Below are positions 10,324 through 20,774 of a stretch of DNA of 45,714 nt, one piece after another; position 1 is the first letter of the stretch; the number at the start of each line of letters is the position of its first letter. Source of the DNA: a virus (Duplodnaviria > Heunggongvirae > Uroviricota > Caudoviricetes); the IMG/VR virus record IMGVR_UViG_2718218126_000004. The stretch is one strand, 5' to 3'. A model generated the notes under the pieces. It saw only the letters and a list, made by a program, of their open reading frames with translations. It was not told where the DNA came from and did no database searches. The position numbers and the translations under genes were made by a program.

Positions 10324-13300
10324 TCAACGAATACTGATGCCGGAAGCGGCTTTTTTGGTCACAATCACCGTACAGTCGGTGATATTGCCTGCCCCCTGAT
10401 TGCCTTTCTGGAAAATCTTAAACTCCAGAGTGACGCTTCCCCTGCCACTCGGCATATCAATAACTGCACTGTAACTACCGGGAATGGCCCCTTTAGTTTC
10501 TCTGGATGCGATTAATACGCCGTTTTTGCGAACTTCAAAACCATAACCCGTGTATCGCGTGCCTCCTGGGTTATTTCCGCTCCCCGGATCGTCATACGCT
10601 ATACCGTTAAAAATAATGGGCGGAATAATAATCTGGCGGTCAAAGTTATGATCATCGCTGATGGTGACTGTAACCGTACCATTTGGTGTTTCCGTGTTAC
10701 CCCACGTACCGACTTTTTTCGGGAAGGCTTTTGATACAGCTTTAACGAAATCTCCTCTGACCTGGGTCGCCTCCAGCATGCCCTTAATCGTACAGTTCTG
10801 GTTAATCGTGACATTGTTGAGCGTTCCTGAGTTCGCATTCACACTGCCACTGATATCCGCATTTTTCGCCGTCAGTCTCCCGTCTGATGTCAGGGAAAAT
10901 GCCGGAGGATTACCGCCGCTGGTAATGGTGGGGGCCGTCAGGCGTTTCAGGAACACTTCATTCATGAATATCTGATCGCCCTGACCAACAAACATCGGCT
11001 TTGTGTTGCCATTCGCAGGATTAATCATCGCAATCCTGTCTGCTGCCAGCAGCACCTGACTCTGCATGCCGTCAGGGGTGTTCTCAATACCGGCACCGAT
11101 ACCCGCAATATAAAGGCGTCCGTCCTGCATCTGCTGCAGCTTCACTGCCCACATGCTGTTCAGGTTATTATTTGTATCAACCTGAACCTTCTGTATCTGC
11201 TGGATCGCTGCACTCTGGTCTTCCAGTTTCTTATTGACGGTCTGTGTTATTTCATTGCTGACATCCGTTATGGACGTCCTGATTTCAGTCAGGTCAGGCG
11301 CAAGCTGACCGTTATCAATCTGCGTCCACAGCTCCTGAGCCAGATGGGTTTTCCCTATCTCGCCTTTGAAAAAATCCAGATAGCCTGATGCATCATCACT
11401 CGGCTGACCGACAGCCTCCACGAATGCCGATTTGCCAACGGTGTTCACACTGCGAACGTAAAAATAATAATCATGGCCCGGTTTGATATTGATACTGGCG
11501 GCTATCCAGTACAGTGCCGTACCAAGATAACGCGCGCTGGTTTCAACCTGCCTGATATCCGCAATCCGTTTTTCCGAGAACCAGAACTCAAACTGTACCG
11601 TCGGGTCATAAACCGCAAGATGCGGCGTGGCGGTTATCTGAAAATAGCCCGGCGTCAGCTCAATCCGCGACGGCGCTGCCGGTGCGGCAATCCGGAACGA
11701 TACCGACGCCGGATCGCCCTGCTGCCCCCACGCATTTACTGCCCGGACTGTCAGCCTGTAGTTCCCCAGAGCCAGTTGTGTGAAGCGGTAAGTGGTTTCC
11801 GTCGTCCGGGCCGTGCTGACCAGCCGCTCACTGCCGTCATCCGCTGCCACGGTCAGGCGAAGCATAAAGCTCACCCCCTTCACCACCTTCGGCGTGTCCC
11901 AGCGCGCCAGCACCTGATATTCCCCGCTGTCTGCGGTGACTTCGGCAGTCAGGTGCTGCACCGCTGGCGGCGTGACACCATTTACCGTGCCGCTCTGGTC
12001 GCCGTCAAAGTGCGCCCCGTTATCCACGATGGCCTCTTTTTCCGGTACATGCTGCACGGCAGTGATGGCATACGTGCCGTCATCGTTCTCACGGATACTC
12101 ACACAGCGAAACAGGCGCTGACGCAGTGTCGGCAGCTTCAGCCCCCACACGCTGTATTCGGCTATTCCGTCAGGAACCCGGCTCACTTTCACCTTCATGC
12201 CGTCGGTGACGGACTGGACCTCCACGCTGACCGGATTGCCACTTCCGTCAGCCAGGCTTATCAGCGTGGTGCCGGAGGATGGCAGCGTGATTTCACGGTC
12301 GAGCGTCAGCGTCCGGGTCTGGCTGTTCACCGCCAGCACGCGACCACCGATGCTGATACCAGCATAGTCATCATCGCAGATTTCAATAACATCGCCCGGT
12401 ACATGGCGAAGCCCTTCTGCGCCCACACTGAAATCCACGGTCTGCGTCTCCAGCAGCTCCGTTTTAATCAGCCACAGCCCGGCGCGGTGTGCCTGCCCCC
12501 GGCAGGTACAGCCAAAGGCATCCATCTTCGTAACATTACGACCGTAACGGGCAATGGCCTGCGTATCTTCAACAAGCTCTGTCGCCGTCTCCCAGCCGTT
12601 GTTCGGGTCAATCCAGTTCACCTCAACGGCATTATGGCGGTCCTTCAGGGCGCTGAAGCTGTAGCGGAACGGCGCGCCATCATCCGGCATCACCACATTA
12701 CTGCGGTTATAGGTCCACACCTTATCCGACGGTCGGTCCTGCACGAACGTCAGCGTCTGCCCGTTCCATACCGGCATACAGCGCATCGCCGAGCAGAAAT
12801 CACTGAGCACATCCCACGCCTTGCGCTGTGTGGTCAGGTACGCATTACAGGTGATGCGCGGCTCCGTGCCGCCAAAGCCGTCCGGCACTGACTGGTCGCA
12901 GTACTGGCCGATGACATACAGCGCCCATTTGTCCACATCCGCCGCACCAAGACGTTTCCCCATGCCGTAGCGCGGATGGGTCAGCATATCCCACAGACAC
13001 CAGGCCATGTTGTTGCTGTATGCTGGCTTAAACGTTCCGTCCCAGATACCGCTGTATTGCCGCGTCTGCGGGTTATAGTTCGACGGCACCTGCAGAATGC
13101 GCCCGCGCAGATGATAATTACGGCTCACCTGCTGGCTGCCGAACTGCTCCGAATCCACCTGCACGCCGACCAGTGCCGTGTTCGGGTAGCACTGTTTCAC
13201 ATCGATGATTTCGGTGTATGACGACCAGAGCGTTTTGTTCTGCAGCTGGTCTGTGGTGCTGTCCGGCGTCATCCTGCGCATCCGTATATTGAACGGGCGC

Positions 13301-13821
13301 GGCGGCAGGTTACCCACCACCACCGAGGCCAGATACTGCGAGGTGGTTTTGCCCTTAATGGTGATGTCTTTTTCCGTCACCCAGCCACCATTACGCTGGA
13401 TCTGAACCAGCAGGCGGACTTCCGACGGATTCCGGTCCCCCTTTGAGGTGGTTTCCACCAGTGCCTGCACGCCGAAGGTAAAGCGCAGACGGTCGATGTT
13501 TGCAGACGTAATGGTGCGGGTGATCGGCGTGTCATATTTCACTTCCGTACCCAGCACCGTCTCGGAGCCGGAGGATTCAAACCCCTCCGGCGGTGTCTGC
13601 TCCTGCTCACCGGCACGGAACACCACCGTGACACCGGAGATGTTGGTATTCCCCTCAGTGTCCAGCACCGGCGTACTGTTCAGCAGCACGCTTTTTAATC
13701 CATCCACCGGACCTTCAACCGGCCCTTCGCTGATGGCATCGATCACACTCAGCAACTGCGTGGACTTCAGGTTGTCCTTCGCTTCGCGCGGGGTATGCCC
13801 CTTACTGCTTCCTTTACCCAT
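10324..13821 (-). CDS. J: Tail tip / host specificity protein J (central tail fibre)
   Basis: 1165-aa ORF starting [34 protein letters not shown], matching recalled lambda gpJ over the N-terminal portion; C-terminal receptor-binding region differs from lambda. Confidence 0.95.
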   Translation of the reverse strand: MGKGSSKGHTPREAKDNLKSTQLLSVIDAISEGPVEGPVDGLKSVLLNSTPVLDTEGNTNISGVTVVFRAGEQEQTPPEGFESSGSETVLGTEVKYDTPITRTITSANIDRLRFTFGVQALVETTSKGDRNPSEVRLLVQIQRNGGWVTEKDITIKGKTTSQYLASVVVGNLPPRPFNIRMRRMTPDSTTDQLQNKTLWSSYTEIIDVKQCYPNTALVGVQVDSEQFGSQQVSRNYHLRGRILQVPSNYNPQTRQYSGIWDGTFKPAYSNNMAWCLWDMLTHPRYGMGKRLGAADVDKWALYVIGQYCDQSVPDGFGGTEPRITCNAYLTTQRKAWDVLSDFCSAMRCMPVWNGQTLTFVQDRPSDKVWTYNRSNVVMPDDGAPFRYSFSALKDRHNAVEVNWIDPNNGWETATELVEDTQAIARYGRNVTKMDAFGCTCRGQAHRAGLWLIKTELLETQTVDFSVGAEGLRHVPGDVIEICDDDYAGISIGGRVLAVNSQTRTLTLDREITLPSSGTTLISLADGSGNPVSVEVQSVTDGMKVKVSRVPDGIAEYSVWGLKLPTLRQRLFRCVSIRENDDGTYAITAVQHVPEKEAIVDNGAHFDGDQSGTVNGVTPPAVQHLTAEVTADSGEYQVLARWDTPKVVKGVSFMLRLTVAADDGSERLVSTARTTETTYRFTQLALGNYRLTVRAVNAWGQQGDPASVSFRIAAPAAPSRIELTPGYFQITATPHLAVYDPTVQFEFWFSEKRIADIRQVETSARYLGTALYWIAASINIKPGHDYYFYVRSVNTVGKSAFVEAVGQPSDDASGYLDFFKGEIGKTHLAQELWTQIDNGQLAPDLTEIRTSITDVSNEITQTVNKKLEDQSAAIQQIQKVQVDTNNNLNSMWAVKLQQMQDGRLYIAGIGAGIENTPDGMQSQVLLAADRIAMINPANGNTKPMFVGQGDQIFMNEVFLKRLTAPTITSGGNPPAFSLTSDGRLTAKNADISGSVNANSGTLNNVTINQNCTIKGMLEATQVRGDFVKAVSKAFPKKVGTWGNTETPNGTVTVTISDDHNFDRQIIIPPIIFNGIAYDDPGSGNNPGGTRYTGYGFEVRKNGVLIASRETKGAIPGSYSAVIDMPSGRGSVTLEFKIFQKGNQGAGNITDCTVIVTKKAASGISIR

Positions 13822-13881
13822 TCCTCACGCTCCATAAATGACAAAACCGCCCGCAGGCGGTTTCACATAAAACATTTTGCA

Positions 13882-14553
13882 TCAGCGACCAATCACCACA
13901 ACCTGACCACCGTCCCCTTCGTCTGCCGTGCTGATCTCCTGAGAAACCACGCGAGACCCCACGCGCATTTCCCCGTACAGAACAGGCAGAACATTGCCCT
14001 GGGCAACCATGTTATCCAGTGAGGAGAAATAGGTGTTCTGCTTACCGTTATCCGTTGTCTGTGTACGGGGAGTTCTGGCTTTCGGTGCCAGCATCTGCGC
14101 CACACCACCGAGCACCATACTGGCACCGAGAGAAAACAGGATGCCGGTCATACCACCGGCCCCAATGGCTGCCCCCCATGCTGCAAGGGTGGCTCCGGCG
14201 GTAAAGAATGATCCGGCAATGGCGGCAGCCCCCAGGACAATCTGGAATACGCCACCTGACTTGGCCCCGGCGACTCTGGGAACAATATGAATCACAGCGC
14301 CATCAGGCAGAGTCTCATGTAACTGCGCCGTTAACCCGGACGTGCTGACGTCCCGCCCGGCAATCCGTACCTGATACCAGCCGTCGCTCAGTTTCTGACG
14401 AAACGCCGGGAGCTGTGTGGCCAGTGCCCGGATGGCTTCAGCCCCCGTTTTCACACGAAGGTCGATGCGGCGACCAAATCGTTGTAAATCCCCGTAAAGG
14501 CAGATGCGCGCCATGCCCGGTGACGCCAGAGGGAGTGTGTGCGTCGCTGCCAT
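13882..14553 (-). CDS. I: Tail tip assembly protein I
   Basis: 223 aa, same length as lambda gpI; overlaps K by 103 nt as in lambda; glycine-rich hydrophobic C-terminus. Confidence 0.9.
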   Translation of the reverse strand: MAATHTLPLASPGMARICLYGDLQRFGRRIDLRVKTGAEAIRALATQLPAFRQKLSDGWYQVRIAGRDVSTSGLTAQLHETLPDGAVIHIVPRVAGAKSGGVFQIVLGAAAIAGSFFTAGATLAAWGAAIGAGGMTGILFSLGASMVLGGVAQMLAPKARTPRTQTTDNGKQNTYFSSLDNMVAQGNVLPVLYGEMRVGSRVVSQEISTADEGDGGQVVVIGR

Positions 14554-15194
14554 TTGTCGGTGTACCTCTCTCGTTTGCTCAGTTGTTCAGGAATATGGTG
14601 CAGCAGCTCGCCGTCGCCGCAGTAAATTGCGGCGTGATTCGGCACCGATGAACCAAAACAGCACAGCAGCACATCGCCCGGCTGTGCCGCTGACAACGGC
14701 ACCTGATACAGCCCCGTCGCCTCCAGATTATCCAGATAGAGATTCTGGCCGTTACGCCACCAGTCATCCTCACGATGAAAATCCGGCATCTCAATCCCCG
14801 CCAGATGATAAGCATCCCGGAACAGTGTGTAACAGTCCGTCACACCGTGCTCAAAGCGCCGCCCGGTGAGATGCGGCACACAGCGGAACTTATGAATCGT
14901 CCCCCGGCAGACCAGCCACCACGGCAAATCACTCTGCACCTGCAGCCGCCGGTCGGCCTCACTCAGCCAGGGTAGACCACCGGGGTGGCTGTGGACCAGC
15001 GCCACAATCTCACCCTGTCGAACTGCCTGCAGCCAGTCTTCCGGCGACATACGGAAATACGCCTCCGGCTCACCGGAGATATTCACGCAGGGGAAATATC
15101 TTTCCCCCTCCGGCGTGCTTACCACGAAGCCGCACGACTCCGCTGGCGCACATCGCCGGGCGTGCGCCAGAATCGCTGATTCTGTCTGTGTCAT
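14451..15194 (-). CDS. K: Tail tip assembly protein K (MPN/JAMM plus NlpC/P60-like domains)
   Basis: 247-aa ORF MTQTESAILAHARRCAPAESCGFVVSTPEG...; JAMM-like motif ALVHSHPGGLPWLSEAD; as I recall, lambda K is annotated from an internal Met 48 codons downstream (about 15050). Confidence 0.85.
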   Translation of the reverse strand: MTQTESAILAHARRCAPAESCGFVVSTPEGERYFPCVNISGEPEAYFRMSPEDWLQAVRQGEIVALVHSHPGGLPWLSEADRRLQVQSDLPWWLVCRGTIHKFRCVPHLTGRRFEHGVTDCYTLFRDAYHLAGIEMPDFHREDDWWRNGQNLYLDNLEATGLYQVPLSAAQPGDVLLCCFGSSVPNHAAIYCGDGELLHHIPEQLSKRERYTDKWQRRTHSLWRHRAWRASAFTGIYNDLVAASTFV

Positions 15195-15897
15195 GGGATT
15201 TACTGCGAAAGTTTGTTATGGAAAGGAAGCCGCCAAAGTTGCCGACGTTATTGCGGAACTTACAACCGCTCAGGCATTTGCTGCATTTATCCTTCGTGAT
15301 ATCGGACGTCGGCTGGTCATATTCATCCGCGACAGCCGGACCGCTATAACCGCACTCGTCACCGCGATAGGTCCAGGTGCAGGTGTTGGCCAGCATGATA
15401 CGTCCCGGAAAAACAGCGCCATCCGTTTCCGTCGGCGTGGACAGTACAAAGGAGGCACTCACCGCGCTCAGTTCGCTGCACTGCTCAATGCGCCAGCGGC
15501 TGATCACCTCCTGCTCCGGATCGGCGTAACTGTTTCCGTTGACGAAGTTCACCGCATCCAGAAAACGGGCGTAAACCTTACGCCGGACCACCGTTCCGCC
15601 GACCAGACTCTGCATATCTTCCGCCATCCCGGTGACCATACCGTACAGGTTAGAAACCGTCAGCGTGGGGCGCGTACTGGTGCCTTTGCCATTCAGTTCA
15701 AAACCGCTCCCCTGAATGGGATACGGCTGATACTGTCGCCCCTGCCAGGTGACCGGCTCACCTTTTTCGTTCTGCTCATTACAGAAAAAATAACGTTCTC
15801 CACCGACCTCTGTCAGGTCGATTTCCCAGAGCACCACGCTGGCCGACTGCTCCGCACGGGTGCATTCATTCAGTGTTTCCTGCCGGATATCCTGCAT
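15070..15897 (-). CDS. L: Tail tip assembly protein L, with an apparent C-terminal frameshift that extends the ORF into K
   Basis: First ~227 aa match recalled lambda gpL (MQDIRQETLNECTRAEQSASVVLWEIDLTEVGGERYFF... Cys cluster CSKCLSGC); the expected stop TAA (15200-15202) is out of frame by one nucleotide, so the ORF reads 48 extra codons into K. Confidence 0.8.
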   Translation of the reverse strand: MQDIRQETLNECTRAEQSASVVLWEIDLTEVGGERYFFCNEQNEKGEPVTWQGRQYQPYPIQGSGFELNGKGTSTRPTLTVSNLYGMVTGMAEDMQSLVGGTVVRRKVYARFLDAVNFVNGNSYADPEQEVISRWRIEQCSELSAVSASFVLSTPTETDGAVFPGRIMLANTCTWTYRGDECGYSGPAVADEYDQPTSDITKDKCSKCLSGCKFRNNVGNFGGFLSITNFRSKSHDTDRISDSGARPAMCASGVVRLRGKHAGGGKIFPLREYLR

Positions 15898-16226
15898 CAG
15901 TTCACCACCTGTTCAAACTCTGCGCTGAACTCAACACGCAACATACTGACCCGCGACGACCATTTTGCGCAGGTCACCTTTATCTGCCGCCACTCATAAG
16001 GCGGCGTCCACAGAAAGGATTTCCAGCCCCCGTGCTCTTCCAGAAACGACTCCAGTACCGTGGCCTCCTCACGGGGGACAGAAAGCGTCACGCTGTACGT
16101 TTTCAGGTTGGCATTCAGCCCGGCAGGCGCTCGCTGAGAATAGCCATCACCAAAGCGCACCTTTCTTACAGAAGGGACCGAAGCCACATCCATACCGGGT
16201 TTCACTTTCCAGCGGAAGGTCTTCAT
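15897..16226 (-). CDS. M: Tail tip assembly protein M
   Basis: 109 aa, same length and position as lambda gpM; 4-nt overlap with H and 1-nt overlap with L. Confidence 0.9.
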   Translation of the reverse strand: MKTFRWKVKPGMDVASVPSVRKVRFGDGYSQRAPAGLNANLKTYSVTLSVPREEATVLESFLEEHGGWKSFLWTPPYEWRQIKVTCAKWSSRVSMLRVEFSAEFEQVVN

Positions 16227-18784
16227 CGTCCACCTCCGGAGAACAGGCCACCATCACGCATCTGTGTCTGAATTTCATCACGGGCACCCTTGCGGGCCAT
16301 GTCATACACCGCCTTCAGAGCAGCCGGACCTATCTGACCGTTCGTGCCGTCGTTGTTAATCACCACATGGTTATTCTGCTCAAACGTCCCGGACGCCTGC
16401 GACCGACTGTCCGCCATGCTGCCCGGTGTACCGACATAACCGCCGGTGGCATAGCCGCGCATCAGCCGGTAAAGATTCCCCACGCCAATCCGGCTGGTTG
16501 CCTCCTTCGTGAAGACAAATTCACCACGGTGAACAATCCCCGCTGGCTCATATTTGCCGCCGGTTCCCGTAAATCCTCCGGTTGCAAAATGGAATTTCGC
16601 CGCAGCGGCCTGAATGGCTGTACCGCCTGACGCGGATGCGCCGCCACCAACAGCCCCGCCAATGGCGCTGCCGATACTCCCGACAATCCCCACCATTGCC
16701 TGCTTAAGCAGAATTTCTGTCATCATGGACAGCACGGAACGGGTGAAGCTGCGCCAGTTCTGCTCACTGCCGGTCAGCATCGCCGCCATATTCTGTGCAA
16801 TACCATCAAAGGTCTGCGTGGCTGCACTTTTTACCTGCGACATACTGTCCGTGGCGCTCTCTTCCCACTCACTCCAGCCGGACTTCAGGCCTGCCATCCA
16901 GTTCCCGCGAAGCTGGTCTTCAGCCGCCCAGGTCTTTTTCTGCTCTGACATGATGTTATTCAGCGCCAGCGGATTATCGCCATACTGTTCCTTCAGGCGC
17001 TGTTCCGTGGCTTCCCGTTCTGCCTGCCGGTCAGTCAGCCCCCGGCTTTTCGCATCAATGGCGGCCCGTTTTGCCCGTTGCTGCTGTGCGAATTTATCCG
17101 CCTGCTGCGCCAGCGCGTTCAGGCGCTCCTGATACGTAACCTTGTCGCCAAGTGCAGCCAGCTGGCGTTTGTACTCCAGCGTCTCATCTTTATGCGCCAG
17201 CAGGGATTTCTCCTGTGCAGACAGCTGGCGACGTTGCGCCGCCTCCTCCAGTACCGCGAACTGGCTCTCCGCCTTCCACAAATCCCGGCGCTGCTGGCTG
17301 ATTTTCTCATTTGCTCCGGCATGCTTCTCCAGCGTCCGGAGTTCTGCCTGAAGCGTCAGCAGGGCAGCATGAGCACTGTCTTCCTGACGATCGCCCGCAG
17401 ACACCTTCACGCCGGACTGTTTCGGCTTTTTCAGCGTCGCTTCATAATCCTTTTTCGCCGCCGCCATCAGCGTGTTGTAATCCGCCTGCAGGATTTTCCC
17501 GTCTTTCAGTGCCTTGTTCAGTTCTTCCTGACGGGCGGTATATTTCTCCAGCGGCGTCTGCAGCCGTTCGTAAGCCTTCTGCGCCTCTTCGGTATATTTC
17601 AGCCGTGACGCTTCGGTATCGCTCTGCTGCTGCGCATTTTTGTCCTGTTGACTCTGCTGCTCAGCCTTCTTTCGGGCGGCTTCAAGCGCAAGACGGGCCT
17701 TTTCACGATCATCCCAGTAACGCGCCCGCGCTTCATCGTTAACAAAATAATCATCCTTGCGCAGATTCCAGATATCGTCCGCTTTCTTAAACGCGGCCTC
17801 TGCCTTAATCAGCATCTCCTGCGCGGTATCAGGACGACCAATATCCAGCACCGCATCCCACATGGATTTGAATGCCCGTGCTGTCCTGTCTGCCCAGGTT
17901 TCCAGCGTGCCCATGTTCTCTTTCAGGCGTCGGGTCTGGTCATCAAACCCTTTCGTTGCGGCCTCGTTCGCCGCCTGCAATGCCCCGGCTTCATCGCCGG
18001 AACGCTGCAACTGAGCAACATACGCAATCTGCTCCGCCGTCACGTTATGGAACTGGCGCGCCATCGCCGTCAGCCCCGACGTCGGGTCAGTGGTCAGCTT
18101 CCCGAAGGCTTCAGCGACCTTGTCCACCTCCACGCCGGATGCAGAGGAGAAACGCGCCACACTCTGGCTGATGGACGCAATCTGAGCCTCACCGCTTACC
18201 CCCGCCTTAACCAGTGCGCTGAGTGACTCGCTGGTCTGGTTAAACGTCAGCCCTGCCGCCTGCCCGGCTCTGGACAGGACCAGCATACGATCTGCCGTCA
18301 GTCCCGCCTGATTGCCGGAAAGGACCAGCGTTTTGTTGAAATCGGACAGGGTTGAGTTGCCCTGATACCAGGCATACGCCAGCGCTCCGGTCGCCACCGC
18401 CAGCGAGGTAGCCCCCACCATCGGCAGGGTGATCGCACCGGCAAGCCCCCGGAACATGGGGATCATCCCGCCGAAGGAGTCCTTCACCTGACCCCCCTGT
18501 TGCAGCAGGATCAGCCACGGACTTTGCCCGCCTGCAAGCTGCGTGGCCACGTCAGTGAACTGCGCAGGCAGCATACGCATGGCGGCTTTATACTGCCCGA
18601 CGGAAATTCCCGCTTTCTGTGCAGCCAGCGCCTGCCGGTTCATCGACTGTTCAACGACTGCCGCTGTTTTTTTCGCATCACTTTCCGTACCGGAAAAATG
18701 ACGCCTGACTCTGGCCATCTGCTCGTCAAATCTGGCCGCATCCAGACTCAAATCAACGACCAGATCGCCTACCGGTTCAGCCAT
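16223..18784 (-). CDS. H: Tail tape measure protein H
   Basis: 853 aa (same as lambda gpH), starts MAEPVGDLVVDLSLDAARFDEQ; coiled-coil-rich centre and glycine-rich C-terminal region. Confidence 0.95.
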   Translation of the reverse strand: MAEPVGDLVVDLSLDAARFDEQMARVRRHFSGTESDAKKTAAVVEQSMNRQALAAQKAGISVGQYKAAMRMLPAQFTDVATQLAGGQSPWLILLQQGGQVKDSFGGMIPMFRGLAGAITLPMVGATSLAVATGALAYAWYQGNSTLSDFNKTLVLSGNQAGLTADRMLVLSRAGQAAGLTFNQTSESLSALVKAGVSGEAQIASISQSVARFSSASGVEVDKVAEAFGKLTTDPTSGLTAMARQFHNVTAEQIAYVAQLQRSGDEAGALQAANEAATKGFDDQTRRLKENMGTLETWADRTARAFKSMWDAVLDIGRPDTAQEMLIKAEAAFKKADDIWNLRKDDYFVNDEARARYWDDREKARLALEAARKKAEQQSQQDKNAQQQSDTEASRLKYTEEAQKAYERLQTPLEKYTARQEELNKALKDGKILQADYNTLMAAAKKDYEATLKKPKQSGVKVSAGDRQEDSAHAALLTLQAELRTLEKHAGANEKISQQRRDLWKAESQFAVLEEAAQRRQLSAQEKSLLAHKDETLEYKRQLAALGDKVTYQERLNALAQQADKFAQQQRAKRAAIDAKSRGLTDRQAEREATEQRLKEQYGDNPLALNNIMSEQKKTWAAEDQLRGNWMAGLKSGWSEWEESATDSMSQVKSAATQTFDGIAQNMAAMLTGSEQNWRSFTRSVLSMMTEILLKQAMVGIVGSIGSAIGGAVGGGASASGGTAIQAAAAKFHFATGGFTGTGGKYEPAGIVHRGEFVFTKEATSRIGVGNLYRLMRGYATGGYVGTPGSMADSRSQASGTFEQNNHVVINNDGTNGQIGPAALKAVYDMARKGARDEIQTQMRDGGLFSGGGR

Positions 18785-19211
18785 ACCGGACTCCTCCTGC
18801 GATCCCTTCTGATACTGTCATCAGCATTACGTCATCCTCCGTCATGTCCGCCACATCCGGGGAAGCGGGGATAACTTCATTCCCGTCCGGACCAAAGCGG
18901 ACGCCTCCGGCAAGCCCTGCCGCTTTCTGCATCAGCACATCATCTTCAGGCTCTTCGTCAGCCTCGCGCCGGTTCAGCAGACTGAAATCCAGCGGATGCA
19001 TATCCGGATCGCTGAAAAACAGGCTGAGTACGGTGTACGTCAGCCCGGAAAAGTGCATATCCAGCAGAACATCATGAAAATAATGGGTACTGTAAAAGCG
19101 GTGCCAGTCGGCATACTCCGTGGATGACATCCCGGCAAGCATGGCGCGCCAGTCGGGTCGCCCCATCTCACGCGCCAGTTTCAGGGCAAAACTCAGCTCA
19201 CCGTCGAACAC
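18777..19211 (-). CDS. T: Tail assembly chaperone T segment, expressed as a G-T fusion by -1 programmed frameshift
   Basis: ORF in the -1 frame relative to G, beginning right at the slippery heptamer and running to the start of H; no independent ATG, as in lambda. Confidence 0.8.
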   Translation of the reverse strand: MFDGELSFALKLAREMGRPDWRAMLAGMSSTEYADWHRFYSTHYFHDVLLDMHFSGLTYTVLSLFFSDPDMHPLDFSLLNRREADEEPEDDVLMQKAAGLAGGVRFGPDGNEVIPASPDVADMTEDDVMLMTVSEGIAGGVRYG

Positions 19212-19615
19212 TTTCCCGCAGAAACAGGCTCTGCTGGCCCGGCGTCATCTGCCTGTTCAGGTGCATCATTCACCACAAACTCAGACATACCGGACAGACG
19301 CATTACCACATTTTCAGCCTGAGCAATTGCCTCTGTGGGCCAGGTGGTAAGCACTTCCTGCTCAATTTGTTTAACGGCTTCATTCATGGACGGCATCTTT
19401 GTCTTCTGCGGATGGCTATGCCACAGGGACATCGCCACCAGAAAAGCACCGGTTCTGACGAGATCTTCCACGCTCACCTGTCGATTGAGACTGGATCCCG
19501 CCTGTTCTGCCTGTCGTTTCAGCAGGGCGAGATGCTCAATTCGCTGCAGGGCTGACAGTTCAGAAAGCGTGACGCTCACACCGTTATATTCAAATGATTC
19601 GGTTTTCAGGAACAT
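19193..19615 (-). CDS. G: Tail assembly chaperone G
   Basis: 140 aa, MFLKTESFEYNGVSVTLSELSALQRIEHLALLKRQAEQ, matches recalled lambda gpG. Confidence 0.9.
   Translation of the reverse strand: MFLKTESFEYNGVSVTLSELSALQRIEHLALLKRQAEQAGSSLNRQVSVEDLVRTGAFLVAMSLWHSHPQKTKMPSMNEAVKQIEQEVLTTWPTEAIAQAENVVMRLSGMSEFVVNDAPEQADDAGPAEPVSAGKCSTVS
19211..19217 (-). other. Programmed -1 ribosomal frameshift slippery site (GGGAAAG on the coding strand) for G-T
   Basis: Plus-strand ctttccc at 19211-19217 is GGGAAAG on the minus strand, positioned a few codons before the G stop exactly where the T frame opens. Confidence 0.8.
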
Positions 19616-19630
19616 CGCTGACTCTCCGGA

Positions 19631-20371
19631 TTAACTGTCGGTGACGGTGATTTCTGCAACCACAGCAAGTTCACCATTACCGGATACAACCGGAATGTTG
19701 ACCTTGCCTGCAGCAACACCTTTCACGGTGATGGTCATACCACTGACCGACACGGTGGCTTTTGTTTTATCCGCAGACACCGCACGGAAGCTCTTGTCGG
19801 TTGCGCCTTCCGGCTGGAATGCCACGGTCAGCGTGGTGCTCTGCCCTTTCACCACCGAAGTGCTGGCAGGCGTCACGGTCATGCCGGTTGCCGCTGTTAC
19901 CGTGCTGCGATCTTCTGCCATCGACGGACGTCCCACGTTGGTGACTTTCACCGTGCGGGTGATCACTTCCTTCGCCGTCACCGCCTTACCGATACTGCTG
20001 ACCCAGCCGCGGAACACATCGACCGTGCCGTTCGGGAAGCGGATTTTATAGGCACGGGTATCCCCTTCATTAAACCACGCCAGCAGCGCCTGCTGCCCCT
20101 GCTCTCCGGGCATCCACGCCAGCGTGAAGCTGGTATCTCCGGCAGATTTCTGCCCCTGCCCGGTCGCAGTCCAGTCCGCATCTTCATCATCGAGATAGCT
20201 GTCGTCATAGGACTCAGCGGTCAGTTCGCCGGGCGTCAGGTCTTTAACTTTAGCCAGACGCGACCAGTCAACGTCTGAAAGCGGGTTCGCATAAGGGTCA
20301 CCGTTCCCCTTATAAACCCACAGTGTGGTCCCGGCCCCTTTCACCGGCATTACTGGATTTGGTACAGGCAT
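19631..20371 (-). CDS. V: Major tail tube protein V (with C-terminal Ig-like domain)
   Basis: From the internal ATG, 246 aa [45 protein letters not shown], matching lambda gpV; the track ORF begins 10 codons upstream. Confidence 0.9.
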   Translation of the reverse strand: MPVPNPVMPVKGAGTTLWVYKGNGDPYANPLSDVDWSRLAKVKDLTPGELTAESYDDSYLDDEDADWTATGQGQKSAGDTSFTLAWMPGEQGQQALLAWFNEGDTRAYKIRFPNGTVDVFRGWVSSIGKAVTAKEVITRTVKVTNVGRPSMAEDRSTVTAATGMTVTPASTSVVKGQSTTLTVAFQPEGATDKSFRAVSADKTKATVSVSGMTITVKGVAAGKVNIPVVSGNGELAVVAEITVTDS

Positions 20372-20378
20372 ATCGTCC

Positions 20379-20774
20379 TCACATTTCATAGGTAATGACA
20401 TAAGTCAGATCGGCTGAACTCCACAGGCCCGCATCATCGTCGCGCCGGTAGTCATAGCCACTGGCCACCATACTGGTGATCAAATCTGACAGTGCCGGGA
20501 CATCGCTCATCACCGGATAAATCCGGGACTCCATCCACGAATCCAGCTCTGAATCCGGCACCTGAGCAGGCAGGAAAACTTCAATATGCAGCTCCGCCTG
20601 CCAGGTATCACTGTCCAGCTCTTCGCCCGTGTATTCAGCGCCGGTGAGATAAACGGCAATTGCCGGAAAATCCGCCTCATCAAAAACAGCGGGGCGACCA
20701 TCAAAAAGCGTCGCCCCGGTGTCATGCTTCTCCAGTGCATCCAGTACGGCTGCACGGAGTTCAGTATGTTTCAT
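20379..20774 (-). CDS. U: Tail terminator protein U
   Basis: 131 aa, [51 protein letters not shown], as lambda gpU. Confidence 0.9.
   Translation of the reverse strand: MKHTELRAAVLDALEKHDTGATLFDGRPAVFDEADFPAIAVYLTGAEYTGEELDSDTWQAELHIEVFLPAQVPDSELDSWMESRIYPVMSDVPALSDLITSMVASGYDYRRDDDAGLWSSADLTYVITYEM

Larger units (their letters stand above)
6889..12902. repeat. Tandem direct duplication, two 3007-bp units (6889-9895 and 9896-12902), each spanning the lom 5' part, the J-lom intergenic terminator and the J 3' part
   Basis: Identical ORF pairs at a constant 3007-bp offset (7317-9881 vs 10324-13821 C-terminal part; 7592-7831 vs 10599-10838; 7654-7968 vs 10661-10975; lom 7247 vs 10254); junction at ...ctgatcgcaat|gctacacccgcc. 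Confidence 0.8.

Noticed and set aside
8466-12891. Large plus-strand ORFs antisense to J and its duplicate (8466-9722, 8785-9360, 11473-12891)
   Set aside because: Arg/Pro/Cys-rich non-protein-like translations antisense to a well-supported, lambda-like J gene, present only because the region lacks stops on that strand.
13795-14290. Small ORFs on both strands around the J start and inside I (13795-14022 +, 13893-14126 -, 14019-14204 +, 14033-14290 +)
   Set aside because: They overlap the well-supported I and J genes and have no independent support.
16614-18226. Multiple plus-strand ORFs antisense to tape measure gene H
   Set aside because: All overlap the 853-aa H gene, have Arg/Ser/Cys-rich compositions and no RBS context; artefacts of GC-rich sequence.
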